63,500 bases of DNA from an uncultured Bacilli bacterium (GTDB lineage Bacteria; Bacillota_I; Bacilli_A; RF39; UBA660): the NCBI GenBank assembly GCA_934098555.1, contig CAKOOQ010000002.1, positions 1-63,500 on the forward strand. The letters run 5' to 3'. Within the stretch, counting starts at the first letter, position 1. Each line of letters begins with the position of its first letter. Under the pieces are notes generated by a model. It did not search any database, was not told where the DNA came from, and was given only the letters and a program-made list of their open reading frames with translations. A program made the position numbers and the translations under genes. Below are positions 1-10,204 of the stretch, one piece after another.

Positions 1-85
1 GAAAACAGGCAAATATTCCAACTTGTTATCTCCTTAAATTTATTATATAATCTTTTTAGATAGAAAGTACAGGGTGATTGAATAA

Positions 86-475
86 ATGAATTTACAAAAA
101 TTTAAAGAAAATACTAAGTTAAAGAAAAATATTATTATTTTTTTCATGGTGGCTTTATTTCTTCTTGCCGGCATTTACTTATATACTTCTTTTGCGTATT
201 ATGAAGAAAAAAAAGAATTTAATGTGATTAATGGTACGGTGGAAGATCCTGGTGACCTTTATTTTGCTTTTTATGTGGATGAAGTAATTAGTAAAAATAT
301 GCCTGCCCAAGGTGATGGCTACATTTTAGATAACACTAAATCTAGTTGTACAAATGGGGCAACCCCTGAACTTGATACAGAAAATTGGTCTATTATTGTT
401 AAAAATATGACCATAGCCAAGACGAAATGTACTCTTCATTTTAAGAAGGAACTGACAGCTCTTTTATACGATTAA
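86..475 (+). CDS. hypothetical membrane-anchored protein (129 aa)
   Basis: Long ORF with one N-terminal hydrophobic helix (IIIFFMVALFLLAGIYLY). No family recognised. Confidence 0.45.
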   Translation: MNLQKFKENTKLKKNIIIFFMVALFLLAGIYLYTSFAYYEEKKEFNVINGTVEDPGDLYFAFYVDEVISKNMPAQGDGYILDNTKSSCTNGATPELDTENWSIIVKNMTIAKTKCTLHFKKELTALLYD

Positions 476-616
476 GATTTAGTAAAAAAGAACAAAGACG
501 AAAAATTATTAATGATTATGTTTATAGCTTAACAAATCATAATACCGCAAAAGAGACTTTTTATATTAAAAGAGGCTCTTTTTATTTTGTGAAAAATTAG
601 TGACTTCTTTATTTGA

Positions 617-643
617 CTAGCACTCATATATTGACAGTGCTAA
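617..643 (+). promoter_or_regulatory. CIRCE-like HrcA operator
   Basis: Inverted repeat CTAGCACTC-atatattga-CAGTGCTAA matches the CIRCE consensus TTAGCACTC-N9-GAGTGCTAA at 16 of 18 arm positions with exact 9-nt spacing. It overlaps the -35 box of the htpG promoter. Confidence 0.7.
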
Positions 644-659
644 ATAAATGTGCTATAAC
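631..659 (+). promoter_or_regulatory. sigma-A type promoter upstream of htpG
   Basis: TTGACA, 17-nt spacer, TATAAC, located about 25 nt upstream of the htpG RBS. Confidence 0.5.
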
Positions 660-685
660 TTTAAGTGTTGAAAGAAGGAATGAAT

Positions 686-2566
686 ATGGCTAAAAAACAA
701 TTTAAAGCAGAATCAAAAAAATTAATGGATTTAATGATAAATTCTATTTATACCAATAAAGAAATTTTCTTAAGAGAAATCATTTCTAATGCAAGTGATG
801 CGATTGATAAGCTTCATTATGAATCTCTTACTAACAAAGATATTAAGGTGGATACGAAAGGATTCGAAATCTTTTTAAAGCCTGATAAAGAGAATTGTAC
901 CTTAACCATTAGTGATAACGGTTGTGGTATGACCAAAGAAGAGTTAGAAACAAACTTAGGCACCATTGCAAAAAGTGGTTCTCTTGCTTTTAAAGAAGAA
1001 AAAGAATCTCAAAAAGACATTGATATTATTGGCCAATTTGGTGTTGGTTTTTACAGTGCTTTTATGGTTGCTTCTAAAATTGAAGTGCTATCAAAAGCTT
1101 ATGGTAGTGAAGAAGCCTATAAATGGACAAGCGAAGGCATTGATGGCTATACCATTGAAAGTGCTTCTAAAGAAACTTATGGTACCGATATTATTTTAAC
1201 CTTAAAAGAAGATACGGAAGATGAAAAATATTCCGAATACTTAGAAGAATACCGTTTAAGAGGACTTATTAAAAAATATTCTGACTATATTACTTACCCA
1301 ATTAAGATGGAAGTTACACACAGTCATTTAAAAGAAGGAACGGAAAATGAATATGAAACACATACGGAAGTAGAAACTTTAAATGATCAAATTCCTTTAT
1401 GGAAAAGAGATAAGAAAAAGATTAAAGAAGAAGACTATGATACCTTCTACAGCGATAAATTCATGGACTATGAAAAACCTTTAAAAGTCATTCATACCAG
1501 TGCTGAAGGCGTTGTAAGTTTTAACAGCTTACTTTTTATCCCAAGTCACGCCCCTTATGATTTTTATACGAAAACATATGAAAAAGGCTTACAACTTTAT
1601 TCTAATGGTGTTTTAATCATGGAAAACTGTGCTGATTTACTTCCAGATTACTTTAGCTTTGTGAAAGGTGTCGTAGATTCTCCGGATTTATCTTTAAATA
1701 TTTCAAGAGAAATGCTTCAACAAGATAAAAATTTAAAACTTATTGCGAAGAGTATTGAAACCAAAATCATTAAAGAATTAAGTACGATGATGAAAGAAAA
1801 TAAAGAAAGTTATGAGAAATTCTTTAAAGCTTTCGGAGCTACGGTAAAATATGGCATTTATGCCGACTTTGGTATGCATAAAGACAAACTTCAAGATTTG
1901 ATTATCTTTGCCTCTTCTTATGAAGATAAAATGACCTCTTTAAAAGATTATGTCTCCAGAATGAAAGATAATCAAGAAGCTATTTATTATGCTTGTGGAG
2001 AAACAACGGATAAGATTAAATTGATGCCTCAAGTAGAACAAGTAAAAGATAAAGGATATGAAATCTTATATTGTACCGAATACGTTGATGAATTTACTTT
2101 CCAAAGCTTAAGAGAATATGAAGGTAAAAAGTTTGTCAATATTTGTAAAGAAGATTTAAATCTAGCTACGGAAGAAGAAAAAGAAGAACTAAAAAAAATC
2201 AACGAAGAAAATAAAGATTTACTTGGTCTGATGAAAGGAGCTTTAACCGATATTTCGGATGTTAAATTCACGAATCGTTTGAAAAATCATCCTGTTTGTT
2301 TGGTAAGTGAAGGTGATATTTCTATTGAGATGGAAAAAGTTATTAACGCTATGCCAACGGACGAAAAAATTAAAGCCAATAAAGTCCTAGAGATTAATGC
2401 AAATCATAAGATAGCTGATAAATTAAAACATTTATATGAAAGTGATAAAGAGGCTTTAAAAGATTATACAAAGATTTTATATGCCGAGGCTCGTCTTATT
2501 GAAGGACTTCCGATAGAAAATCCAACAGAACTTGCCAATCTTATTTGTGATAAATTGGCAAATTAA
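686..2566 (+). CDS. htpG: molecular chaperone HtpG (Hsp90 family)
   Basis: N-terminal GHKL ATPase signature (REIISNASDAIDKL, ISDNGCGM, GQFGVGFYSAFMV) and full Hsp90 length. The ATG at 686 has an AAGGA RBS; the ORF track starts at a GTG at 665. Confidence 0.95.
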   Translation: MAKKQFKAESKKLMDLMINSIYTNKEIFLREIISNASDAIDKLHYESLTNKDIKVDTKGFEIFLKPDKENCTLTISDNGCGMTKEELETNLGTIAKSGSLAFKEEKESQKDIDIIGQFGVGFYSAFMVASKIEVLSKAYGSEEAYKWTSEGIDGYTIESASKETYGTDIILTLKEDTEDEKYSEYLEEYRLRGLIKKYSDYITYPIKMEVTHSHLKEGTENEYETHTEVETLNDQIPLWKRDKKKIKEEDYDTFYSDKFMDYEKPLKVIHTSAEGVVSFNSLLFIPSHAPYDFYTKTYEKGLQLYSNGVLIMENCADLLPDYFSFVKGVVDSPDLSLNISREMLQQDKNLKLIAKSIETKIIKELSTMMKENKESYEKFFKAFGATVKYGIYADFGMHKDKLQDLIIFASSYEDKMTSLKDYVSRMKDNQEAIYYACGETTDKIKLMPQVEQVKDKGYEILYCTEYVDEFTFQSLREYEGKKFVNICKEDLNLATEEEKEELKKINEENKDLLGLMKGALTDISDVKFTNRLKNHPVCLVSEGDISIEMEKVINAMPTDEKIKANKVLEINANHKIADKLKHLYESDKEALKDYTKILYAEARLIEGLPIENPTELANLICDKLAN

Positions 2567-2567
2567 G

Positions 2568-2597
2568 GAAAATCAAGGGAAAACCTTGATTTTTCTT
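2568..2597 (+). terminator. rho-independent terminator after htpG
   Basis: Hairpin AAATCAAGG-gaaaa-CCTTGATTT followed by a T-run. Confidence 0.6.
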
Positions 2598-2645
2598 TAA
2601 CAAAATACGTTTTCCTATGTTATAATCTTTAGTACGGGTGGTAAG

Positions 2646-5186
2646 ATGAAACACAGTGAAGTAAATTATGAAGAATTAAGTCCGATGATGAAACAATACA
2701 TGGATACAAAAAAAGAGTATGAAGAAGAACTTCTTTTTTATCGTATCGGGGACTTTTATGAACTTTTCTTTGAAGACGGAATTACAGCTTCAAGAGAACT
2801 AGAACTTACTTTAACGGGTAAAAATGCGGGTCTTAAAGAAAGGGTACCGATGTGTGGTGTGCCTTTTCATTCTGTTAAACCTTATATTGAAAAACTGGTT
2901 AATAAAGGTTATAAGGTGGCTATTTGTGAACAATTAGAAGATCCTAAAGATGCTAAAGGTATGGTAAAAAGAGGAGTTACGCAAGTTATCAGTAAAGGTA
3001 CGGTTGTTGATTTAGAACTTTTAAATGAACATAACAATCATTATATCGCGAGTATTCTTGACTTTTCTTATATTTATACCCTTTGTTATGCCGATATATC
3101 AACAGGTAGTATATATGTTTCTATCTTACCTCATCAAAAAGATAAACTTTTAAGTACCATTTTAAATCTTGATATTTTAGAGGTGGTTGTAAAAAGAGAT
3201 TTAGACTATGAACTTCAATCGGCTTTAAAAGGAAGCTATGGCATGGAGCTTTCTTATGATGATGAACTTTTAAATAACGGATACGAATGTGTGTATGCTT
3301 CTCTTGAGGAACCTCATTACATCGAAGCAATTAAACATTTAATGCATTATTTAGTTGTTAAGGAATTAAAAGACCTTTCTCATTTTAAACCGGCTGAGGT
3401 TGTAATTCCTGATGATTATTTAATGATGGATGTTCATACCGTTCGTAATTTGGAACTTGTTGAAACGCTTCGCCTAAAAGAAAGAACTTATTCTTTAATT
3501 TGGCTTTTAGATAAAACAAAAACAAGTATGGGGTCACGAAAGCTAAAATTTTGGCTTATGAATCCTTTAAAAAAGAAAGATTTGATTGAAGAACGTTATG
3601 ATAAGATTGAAATTTTAAATCAAGAATTTATCTTAAAAGACGAGCTAAGAAGTGCTTTATATCATATTTATGATATTGAAAGACTTTGTGGTAAGGTTTC
3701 ATGTGGTTCTTTAAATGCTAGGGACTTATTACAGTTAAAACAAAGTTTAAAAGAACTACCTAAAATAAAAGAAATTGTTCATAATCTTCATTTTAATATT
3801 AATATAACTACCCATGAAGATCTTTATAATCTTTTAGAGGAAGCTATTTACGAAGATCCTCCTGTTACAGTTAAAGAAGGATATTTGATTAAAGAAGGGT
3901 ATAACAAAGAGTTAGATGAATTAAAACAAATTCGTAGTGGTGGCAAAGAGTTTATCGCAGGTATTGAAAATAATTTAAAAGAAGAAACGGGTATTAAAAA
4001 TTTAAAAGTAGGTTTTAATAAGGTCTTCGGTTATTATATTGAAATTACCAAAGGACAAATAAATAATGTTCCCGAAAGTCTTCATTGGGAAAGAAGACAA
4101 ACTCTTACGGGTTGCGAACGTTACATTAGTCCCGAGTTAAAAGAAAAAGAAGCATTGATTTTAAATGCCGAAGAAAAAATTATTGATTTGGAATATCGTT
4201 TGTTTTGTGATATTAAAGAAACGATTAAAAAGCAAATCTTAAGTCTTACCGATACAGCTAATTTAATCGCCGAATTAGATGCGATTACAGCTTTATCGGT
4301 GGATGCCGAAGAATTACATTTGGTAAGACCTACATTGAACGAAAATCATAAAATTGAAATTAAAAATGGCCGTCACCCTGTGATTGAAAAAGTAAGTAAT
4401 AAAGAGTATGTAGCAAATGATTGTGTAATGGATGAATCTATTAATACCCTTTTGATTACGGGACCAAACATGAGTGGTAAATCTACTTATATGCGGCAAT
4501 TAGCGATTATTTTAATCATGGCCCAGATGGGATCTTTTGTTCCTGCTTCATCAGCTAACTTACCCATTGTTGATAAAATATTTACCCGAATTGGGGCAAG
4601 TGATGATTTAGTAAGTGGGGAATCTACTTTTATGGTGGAAATGAATGAAGCTAAAAACGCCATTTGTAACGCGACGGAGGATAGTCTTATATTATTTGAC
4701 GAATTGGGAAGAGGAACGGCAACTTATGATGGGATGAGTTTAGCTGAAAGCATCTTGTCTTATGTGGCTACCCATATTCGTTGTAAAACGCTTTTTTCGA
4801 CCCATTATCATGAATTAACTTCTTTAGAGAGTAAAATACCTTCTATTAAAAATGTGCATGTTAGTGCTGTGGAAGAAAATGGAAATCTTATTTTTTTACA
4901 TAAAATTAAAAATGGCGCGGTAGATAAAAGTTATGGTATTCATGTAGCTAAATTAGCGGGTCTTCCAGATCAAATTATTAACGATGCCAAAGAAATTTTA
5001 GCTCAACACGAAAAGCAAAACAAAAAGAAAAAAAATGAAGAACAAATTCAATTCGTAATGGAATTTCCAGAGGAAAAAGAAGATTCTATTAGAGAAAAAT
5101 TAAAGAAAGTGGATATCTTACATATGACGCCTTTGGAAGCTATCAATTTTATTTACGAATTAAAAGAAGAATTAAAAGAAAAGTAG
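2646..5186 (+). CDS. mutS: DNA mismatch repair protein MutS
   Basis: 846 aa. N-terminal mismatch-binding motif (GDFYELFFEDG), Walker A (GPNMSGKSTYMRQ) and STFMVEM / LFDELGRGT motifs. Confidence 0.95.
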   Translation: MKHSEVNYEELSPMMKQYMDTKKEYEEELLFYRIGDFYELFFEDGITASRELELTLTGKNAGLKERVPMCGVPFHSVKPYIEKLVNKGYKVAICEQLEDPKDAKGMVKRGVTQVISKGTVVDLELLNEHNNHYIASILDFSYIYTLCYADISTGSIYVSILPHQKDKLLSTILNLDILEVVVKRDLDYELQSALKGSYGMELSYDDELLNNGYECVYASLEEPHYIEAIKHLMHYLVVKELKDLSHFKPAEVVIPDDYLMMDVHTVRNLELVETLRLKERTYSLIWLLDKTKTSMGSRKLKFWLMNPLKKKDLIEERYDKIEILNQEFILKDELRSALYHIYDIERLCGKVSCGSLNARDLLQLKQSLKELPKIKEIVHNLHFNINITTHEDLYNLLEEAIYEDPPVTVKEGYLIKEGYNKELDELKQIRSGGKEFIAGIENNLKEETGIKNLKVGFNKVFGYYIEITKGQINNVPESLHWERRQTLTGCERYISPELKEKEALILNAEEKIIDLEYRLFCDIKETIKKQILSLTDTANLIAELDAITALSVDAEELHLVRPTLNENHKIEIKNGRHPVIEKVSNKEYVANDCVMDESINTLLITGPNMSGKSTYMRQLAIILIMAQMGSFVPASSANLPIVDKIFTRIGASDDLVSGESTFMVEMNEAKNAICNATEDSLILFDELGRGTATYDGMSLAESILSYVATHIRCKTLFSTHYHELTSLESKIPSIKNVHVSAVEENGNLIFLHKIKNGAVDKSYGIHVAKLAGLPDQIINDAKEILAQHEKQNKKKKNEEQIQFVMEFPEEKEDSIREKLKKVDILHMTPLEAINFIYELKEELKEK

Positions 5187-5214
5187 TCACATAGAATAAA
5201 GAAAGGTGATAAGA

Positions 5215-5787
5215 ATGGATGATGTTAAGATTTGCCATATGGATTCCTATGGCTTTTTAAATCAATATAATAAAAATAAAAATAGTTTGGAAGTTCAAAA
5301 AGTAATTTTAAAAATATTAAATGCCAGTTCCTATGAAACGGCAATGAATGCCTTTGTTGAGCTTTATTATCTTTGTGGTAAAAATATGAAAAACTTAAAA
5401 AAAGTGTTATCATTACCTTTAACCAGTAATCGCCAAATTAAAGATATTCCGATTATAAAAAAAATCGCCAGTGAATTTAATCCTCAAAATATTATGATAA
5501 TAGAGGCAATTGTTGGGTATGATGAAAAAGCTTCTTCCTTAAGAGAAAGAGCCATTTATGAACCAGATATCTTTTACATTGCATGTGAAGGTAAAACAGA
5601 TAAAGAAATATTAAGCATCTATGAAGAAAGAAAACATATTTATTGGCAAATAAATCGAGCTATTTTGCTTCGCGATATCTCTTATTTAAAAGAAAATATC
5701 GAACTTATTAAAACAATTCCTTGTTATCAATGGTGTTTATCTTATTTTGCTTTAGAAAATGAGACAAAAAGAGTCTTCAAAAAATAG
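5215..5787 (+). CDS. hypothetical protein (about 190 aa)
   Basis: ORF with an AAAGGTG RBS ahead of the ATG at 5215. No recognisable domain. It occupies the position where mutL usually follows mutS. Confidence 0.45.
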   Translation: MDDVKICHMDSYGFLNQYNKNKNSLEVQKVILKILNASSYETAMNAFVELYYLCGKNMKNLKKVLSLPLTSNRQIKDIPIIKKIASEFNPQNIMIIEAIVGYDEKASSLRERAIYEPDIFYIACEGKTDKEILSIYEERKHIYWQINRAILLRDISYLKENIELIKTIPCYQWCLSYFALENETKRVFKK

Positions 5788-5807
5788 CTGAGAGGCTATT
5801 TTTTTTA
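5783..5807. terminator. bidirectional terminator between convergent genes
   Basis: AATAGC-tgagag-GCTATT hairpin flanked by an A-run and a T-run. Confidence 0.45.
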
Positions 5808-6629
5808 GAGATATTTTGCCATTCTTTCGAGAGTTAATTCCTCTTTTAAAAAATCGGTAATAAGAGACTCAGGTATCCTGTCTGATAAGGTATAACAAAG
5901 TTCTTCATCTTCAGGATTGGCTAAAAATTCGGTAATATACTCCCGTGATAACAGTTCAATAATTAAAACACCTAAAGAAAATTCCGTAATTCTTTTATAA
6001 TCTTCATTCGCGGTTGCTGAATAAATCGCTGAATGTCCATCAATATCAATAATTTGAGGCTCTAGAAAAGGGGTTAACAAAATATTGGTATTTTTACTTT
6101 CCAAAGTAGGATGTTGACATAAATCAATATGATAAATGTGATGACTGGTAAGTTCTTTAACCTCTTCCAAAATTTTCTTGATAATTTTTAGGCGTAAACG
6201 ATACAAAGGAATATTCATGACAGTATAAATATTGGTTGTATGACGGTGATAATATAAAGAACATCCTTTTAACTTTCCATCCACATAAACGGCACTTTGC
6301 GGCAAACGTGTTAAATGAATATCTTTTTGAGCGGCAATTGCCCGAGATATGGATTCTTTTCTCGATAAGCGTACACCTTCTTCGTCAAAATATTGGATAG
6401 TATTATGATGAATGCTTTTGTTTTTAAAATTTTTAATAGGCGTAACGTTAACCCCGTCTTCATCAAACGTTGCGTTTTTAATATCCATTTGCATGCAATC
6501 ATAGTAGGAATGGTAAATTTTTAAAAGTTCATTTTGACTATATTCATAAATGGTTCCTTCGCTACCTTGACCAATTATTTTTAATTTTTGTAAATCTGGG
6601 GTACTTATTTCAATTTTATTCATAATCAT
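5805..6629 (-). CDS. protein-kinase-fold protein (putative)
   Basis: Gly-rich loop IIGQGSEGTIY followed by LLKIY (Lys), a catalytic-loop-like HIDLCQHPTLESKNTNILL, and DIDG in place of DFG. The likely start is MIMNK at 6629, which has an AGAGGA RBS. Confidence 0.45.
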   Translation of the reverse strand: MIMNKIEISTPDLQKLKIIGQGSEGTIYEYSQNELLKIYHSYYDCMQMDIKNATFDEDGVNVTPIKNFKNKSIHHNTIQYFDEEGVRLSRKESISRAIAAQKDIHLTRLPQSAVYVDGKLKGCSLYYHRHTTNIYTVMNIPLYRLRLKIIKKILEEVKELTSHHIYHIDLCQHPTLESKNTNILLTPFLEPQIIDIDGHSAIYSATANEDYKRITEFSLGVLIIELLSREYITEFLANPEDEELCYTLSDRIPESLITDFLKEELTLERMAKYL

Positions 6630-6792
6630 TCCTCTTTGAGAATCTATTATATCTAAAAAAATCTTTTCCAAAGAGAAAATCCTTATTTCTTTACATAATG
6701 TTGACATTTTGAAATTTCCTTACATAAACCCATTTTTAGCTAGTATCTTGGGCCTTTTTTTGGTAAAATATTTAGGAATGAAGGTGATTTAG

Positions 6793-7188
6793 ATGCTTAA
6801 TCGAAGTGAAGCACGTAAAGTTTGTATGACTTGTTTATATCAAATAGATATTTTAAGGCAAAATAAGTTGTCTATTGATATCGATGAAGTCATTAAAGAA
6901 AATTTAGAAATCGAAAATAACTTTGTAAGTCAAGTTGTTAAAGGCGTTACAGAGCATTTAGAAGAGATAGATACATTATGTAATACATATTTAACAAATT
7001 GGAAAATCAATCGTTTAGATAAAACGGGAGCTAATATTTTAAGAATGGCATTTTACGAGTTAAAATATATGGATACGCCTTCTATTGTTGTGATAAATGA
7101 AGCTGTAGAACTTGCTAAAGTATATACGGATAAAGAACTCGCCAATATGATAAATGCGTCTTTAGATAAATATATTAAAGAAGTTTAA
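6793..7188 (+). CDS. nusB: transcription antitermination factor NusB
   Basis: 131 aa. Typical NusB N-terminus (SEARKVCMTCLYQ) and DTPxxVVINEAVELAK motif. Confidence 0.85.
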   Translation: MLNRSEARKVCMTCLYQIDILRQNKLSIDIDEVIKENLEIENNFVSQVVKGVTEHLEEIDTLCNTYLTNWKINRLDKTGANILRMAFYELKYMDTPSIVVINEAVELAKVYTDKELANMINASLDKYIKEV

Positions 7189-7200
7189 AAGGAGTTTGGT

Positions 7201-8547
7201 ATGACAGAAAAGTATTTAAGTATCGTTCAAATCAATAATTACATTAAAAATCTTTTTGATACCAATCTTTATTTAAAAAAAGTCTATTTAAAAGGTGAAA
7301 TCAGTAATTTTAAACACCATTCTTCTGGACATTTATATTTGACTTTAAAAGATGATTCCTCAAGAATTAGTGCCATTATGTTTAAAAGTGCGGCTAGTCT
7401 TTTAAATTTCAAACCGGAAGATGGTATGAATGTTCTTGTAGAGGGAAGAGTTGCTGTTTACCCAGCTGGTGGTAATTATCAAATTTATATTGAAAAAATG
7501 GAACCCGATGGTTTAGGAAATTTATATATAGAGTTTGAAAAACTCAAAAGAAAACTAGCCAGTGAAGGTCTTTTTGATGCTAAATACAAAAAAGAAATTC
7601 CTAAATTTCCTATGCGTATAGGTATTATTACCGCACCGACAGGAGCGGCCATTAAAGATATTTTAAGTACTTTAAAAAGAAGATTTCCCTATGCTAAGAC
7701 CCTTCTTTTTCCTTCTTTAGTACAAGGCTTTTCGGCGGCCTCTTCTATTGCTCAAAATATTTATGAAGCTAACCGATATCGTTTAGATGTTTTAATTGTC
7801 GGGCGCGGAGGAGGCTCTATCGAAGATTTGTGGGCTTTTAATGAGGAAGTTGTCGCACGGGCAATCTTTGCTTCTAAAATACCCATTATCAGTGCGGTTG
7901 GTCACGAAGTCGATTTTACCATTGCTGATTATGTTGCGGATAAAAGAGCTCCAACCCCGACAGGAGCTGCCGAGATGGCCGTGCCAACAAAAGAAGAAGT
8001 AAAAACGCTTTTTAAACAAAAAGAAGAAGAAATTAATCATTTGTTTTTGACCCAGTTAGAAAGTGCTAAACATAATTTTAATACCCTAAAAAATCATTAT
8101 GTTTTAAAAAATCCTCAGATGCTTTACGAAATGAAGATGCAACATTTAGATAATTTGACCGATAATTTACAAAAAAATTATCAATATTATTTAAGTCATA
8201 AACAAAATGAACTTGCTAAGTATAAAAACCATTATGTTCTTAATAATCCAACTATACTTTATCAAAAAGCCTATGAAAACTTAAAAAATGCCCAAGGACG
8301 TTTACAAAAAGAAATAAAAAGTTATCTTTCTGATAAAAGTAAAACACTTTATTATACAATTTTAAATTTAAAACTTTTAAATCCTTTGAATATTTTAGAA
8401 CAAGGCTATGCTATTGTGAAAAAAGATAATAAGATTATTAAGACAACCCAAAATATTAAAATAGAGGATACGTTAGATGTCACTTTGAGTAAGGGGACAT
8501 TAAAAGTGAAAGTAGAGGAGATTCAATATGAAAGAAATGACGTTTGA
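7201..8547 (+). CDS. xseA: exodeoxyribonuclease VII large subunit
   Basis: OB-fold N-terminus (VYLKGEISNFKHHSSGHLYLTLKD), GIITAPTGAAIKD and GRGGGSIEDLWAFNEE motifs. Confidence 0.9.
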   Translation: MTEKYLSIVQINNYIKNLFDTNLYLKKVYLKGEISNFKHHSSGHLYLTLKDDSSRISAIMFKSAASLLNFKPEDGMNVLVEGRVAVYPAGGNYQIYIEKMEPDGLGNLYIEFEKLKRKLASEGLFDAKYKKEIPKFPMRIGIITAPTGAAIKDILSTLKRRFPYAKTLLFPSLVQGFSAASSIAQNIYEANRYRLDVLIVGRGGGSIEDLWAFNEEVVARAIFASKIPIISAVGHEVDFTIADYVADKRAPTPTGAAEMAVPTKEEVKTLFKQKEEEINHLFLTQLESAKHNFNTLKNHYVLKNPQMLYEMKMQHLDNLTDNLQKNYQYYLSHKQNELAKYKNHYVLNNPTILYQKAYENLKNAQGRLQKEIKSYLSDKSKTLYYTILNLKLLNPLNILEQGYAIVKKDNKIIKTTQNIKIEDTLDVTLSKGTLKVKVEEIQYERNDV

Positions 8548-8782
8548 AACAGCTTTAAATAATTTAGAAGTTATTATTAAAGATTTAGAAAATGGCAATA
8601 TTCCCCTAGAAGATGCCATAAGTAAATATACCGATGCGATGAATTTGGTGAAAATTTGTCAAGAAAAATTAGATAATGCTACGGAGCAAGTTAACAAAAT
8701 CATCGGTGAAAATGGAGAAGTACAAGACTTTTTGATGAAAGAAGAGGATATAAATGACAAAGCTAGTAACGAAGATAACTGA
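8528..8782 (+). CDS. xseB: exodeoxyribonuclease VII small subunit
   Basis: 84 aa. FETALNNLEVIIKDLENGNIPLEDAI is the typical XseB helix. It overlaps the xseA stop. Confidence 0.85.
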   Translation: MKEMTFETALNNLEVIIKDLENGNIPLEDAISKYTDAMNLVKICQEKLDNATEQVNKIIGENGEVQDFLMKEEDINDKASNEDN

Positions 8783-10172
8783 TCGAGATACCGATTTTGC
8801 ATCTTGGTATAACGATGTTTTAAGAGAAGCTGATCTTGTTAATTATTCCAGTGTCAAGGGAAGTATGATTATTAGACCCTATGGTTATGCTATTTGGGAA
8901 AATATGCAAAGTATTTTAGATAAGGAATTTAAAAGATTAGGACATCAAAATGTGCAAATGCCAATGTTTATTCCCGAATCTTTATTAAATGTAGAAAAGG
9001 AACATGTTAAAGGGTTTGCACCAGAAGTTGCTTGGGTTACCTATGGTGGGGAAAATAAATTAGAAGAAAGAATGTGTGTTAGACCAACCAGTGAAGTTTT
9101 ATTTTGTGATCACTTTAAAAACATTGTAAAGTCGTATCGGGATTTACCTCTTTTATACAATCAGTGGTGCACCATTGTTCGTTGGGAAAAAACGACACGT
9201 CCCTTTTTAAGAAGCCGTGAGATTCTTTGGCAAGAAGGTCATACGCTTCATCAAACTAAAGAAGAGGCTCATGCGGAGACATTAAGAATGTTTAAGGTTT
9301 ATGAAGACTTCCAAAGAAATGTTTTAGCTCTTCCAGTTATCACGGGACGCAAAACAGAAAAAGAAAAATTTGCTGGTGCTGAAGAAACGTATACTATCGA
9401 AGCTATGATGTATGATGGTGTGGCTCTTCAAAACGGTACCAGTCATTATTTTGGCCAACATTTTGCTAAGGCTTTTGGTATTCAATTTTTAGATACGGAT
9501 AATACTCTTAAAACGCCTTATCAAACAAGCTGGGGGGTTACAACAAGAATGATTGGTGCCCTTATTATGACGCATGGCGATAATCATGGTTTGGTTCTTC
9601 CTCCTAATATTGCTCCAACTAAAGTCGTTTTTATTCCTATCGGAAAAGACAAAGAAGTCTTAGAATCTATTCAAAAGCTTACTCAAGAACTTCCTTTAGA
9701 TGTTACCTATAAAATTGATACTTCTGAAAAATCTCCAGGCTTTAAGTTTGCGGATGCCGAGGTTAAAGGGATACCTGTAAGAGTTGAAGTAGGTAAAAGA
9801 GATTTAGAAAAAAATGAGGTCACACTGGTTAGACGTGATACTTTAGAAAAAGAAAGTATCTCTCTTTCTTCCTTTTCTTCCCGTTTGCAAAGCCTTTTAA
9901 AAGAGATTCAAAAAGATATGTATGAAAGGGCCTTAAAAAGACGTGACAGTATGATTTATGAAGTAAAAACCAAAGAAGAATTTCAAAATACCGCCCAAAA
10001 TAAGCCTGGTTTCATTTTGATGCCTTGGTGTGGTGAGACTTCATGTGAAGACACCATCAAAGAAGAAACAGGGCTTAAAAGCCGTTGCATTAAAGAAGAA
10101 ATCAAAGATGGGGTTTGTGCTTACTGTGGTAAACCAGCCAAATATAAAATTTATTTTGGTAAGCAATATTAA
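8754..10172 (+). CDS. proS: proline--tRNA ligase (archaeal/eukaryote-like type, no INS editing domain)
   Basis: 472 aa class II aaRS. N-terminal DFASWYNDVL, GYAIWENM, RPTSE and a C-terminal Cys-rich Zn-type domain ending in Y. It overlaps the xseB 3' end by 29 nt. Confidence 0.9.
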   Translation: MTKLVTKITDRDTDFASWYNDVLREADLVNYSSVKGSMIIRPYGYAIWENMQSILDKEFKRLGHQNVQMPMFIPESLLNVEKEHVKGFAPEVAWVTYGGENKLEERMCVRPTSEVLFCDHFKNIVKSYRDLPLLYNQWCTIVRWEKTTRPFLRSREILWQEGHTLHQTKEEAHAETLRMFKVYEDFQRNVLALPVITGRKTEKEKFAGAEETYTIEAMMYDGVALQNGTSHYFGQHFAKAFGIQFLDTDNTLKTPYQTSWGVTTRMIGALIMTHGDNHGLVLPPNIAPTKVVFIPIGKDKEVLESIQKLTQELPLDVTYKIDTSEKSPGFKFADAEVKGIPVRVEVGKRDLEKNEVTLVRRDTLEKESISLSSFSSRLQSLLKEIQKDMYERALKRRDSMIYEVKTKEEFQNTAQNKPGFILMPWCGETSCEDTIKEETGLKSRCIKEEIKDGVCAYCGKPAKYKIYFGKQY

Positions 10173-10173
10173 A

Positions 10174-10204
10174 AAGAATAAGAGCGAAATCTTATTCTTT
10201 TTTC
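10174..10204. terminator. bidirectional terminator (proS / spoIVB convergent)
   Basis: AAGAATAAG-agcgaaat-CTTATTCTT followed by a T-run. Confidence 0.55.
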
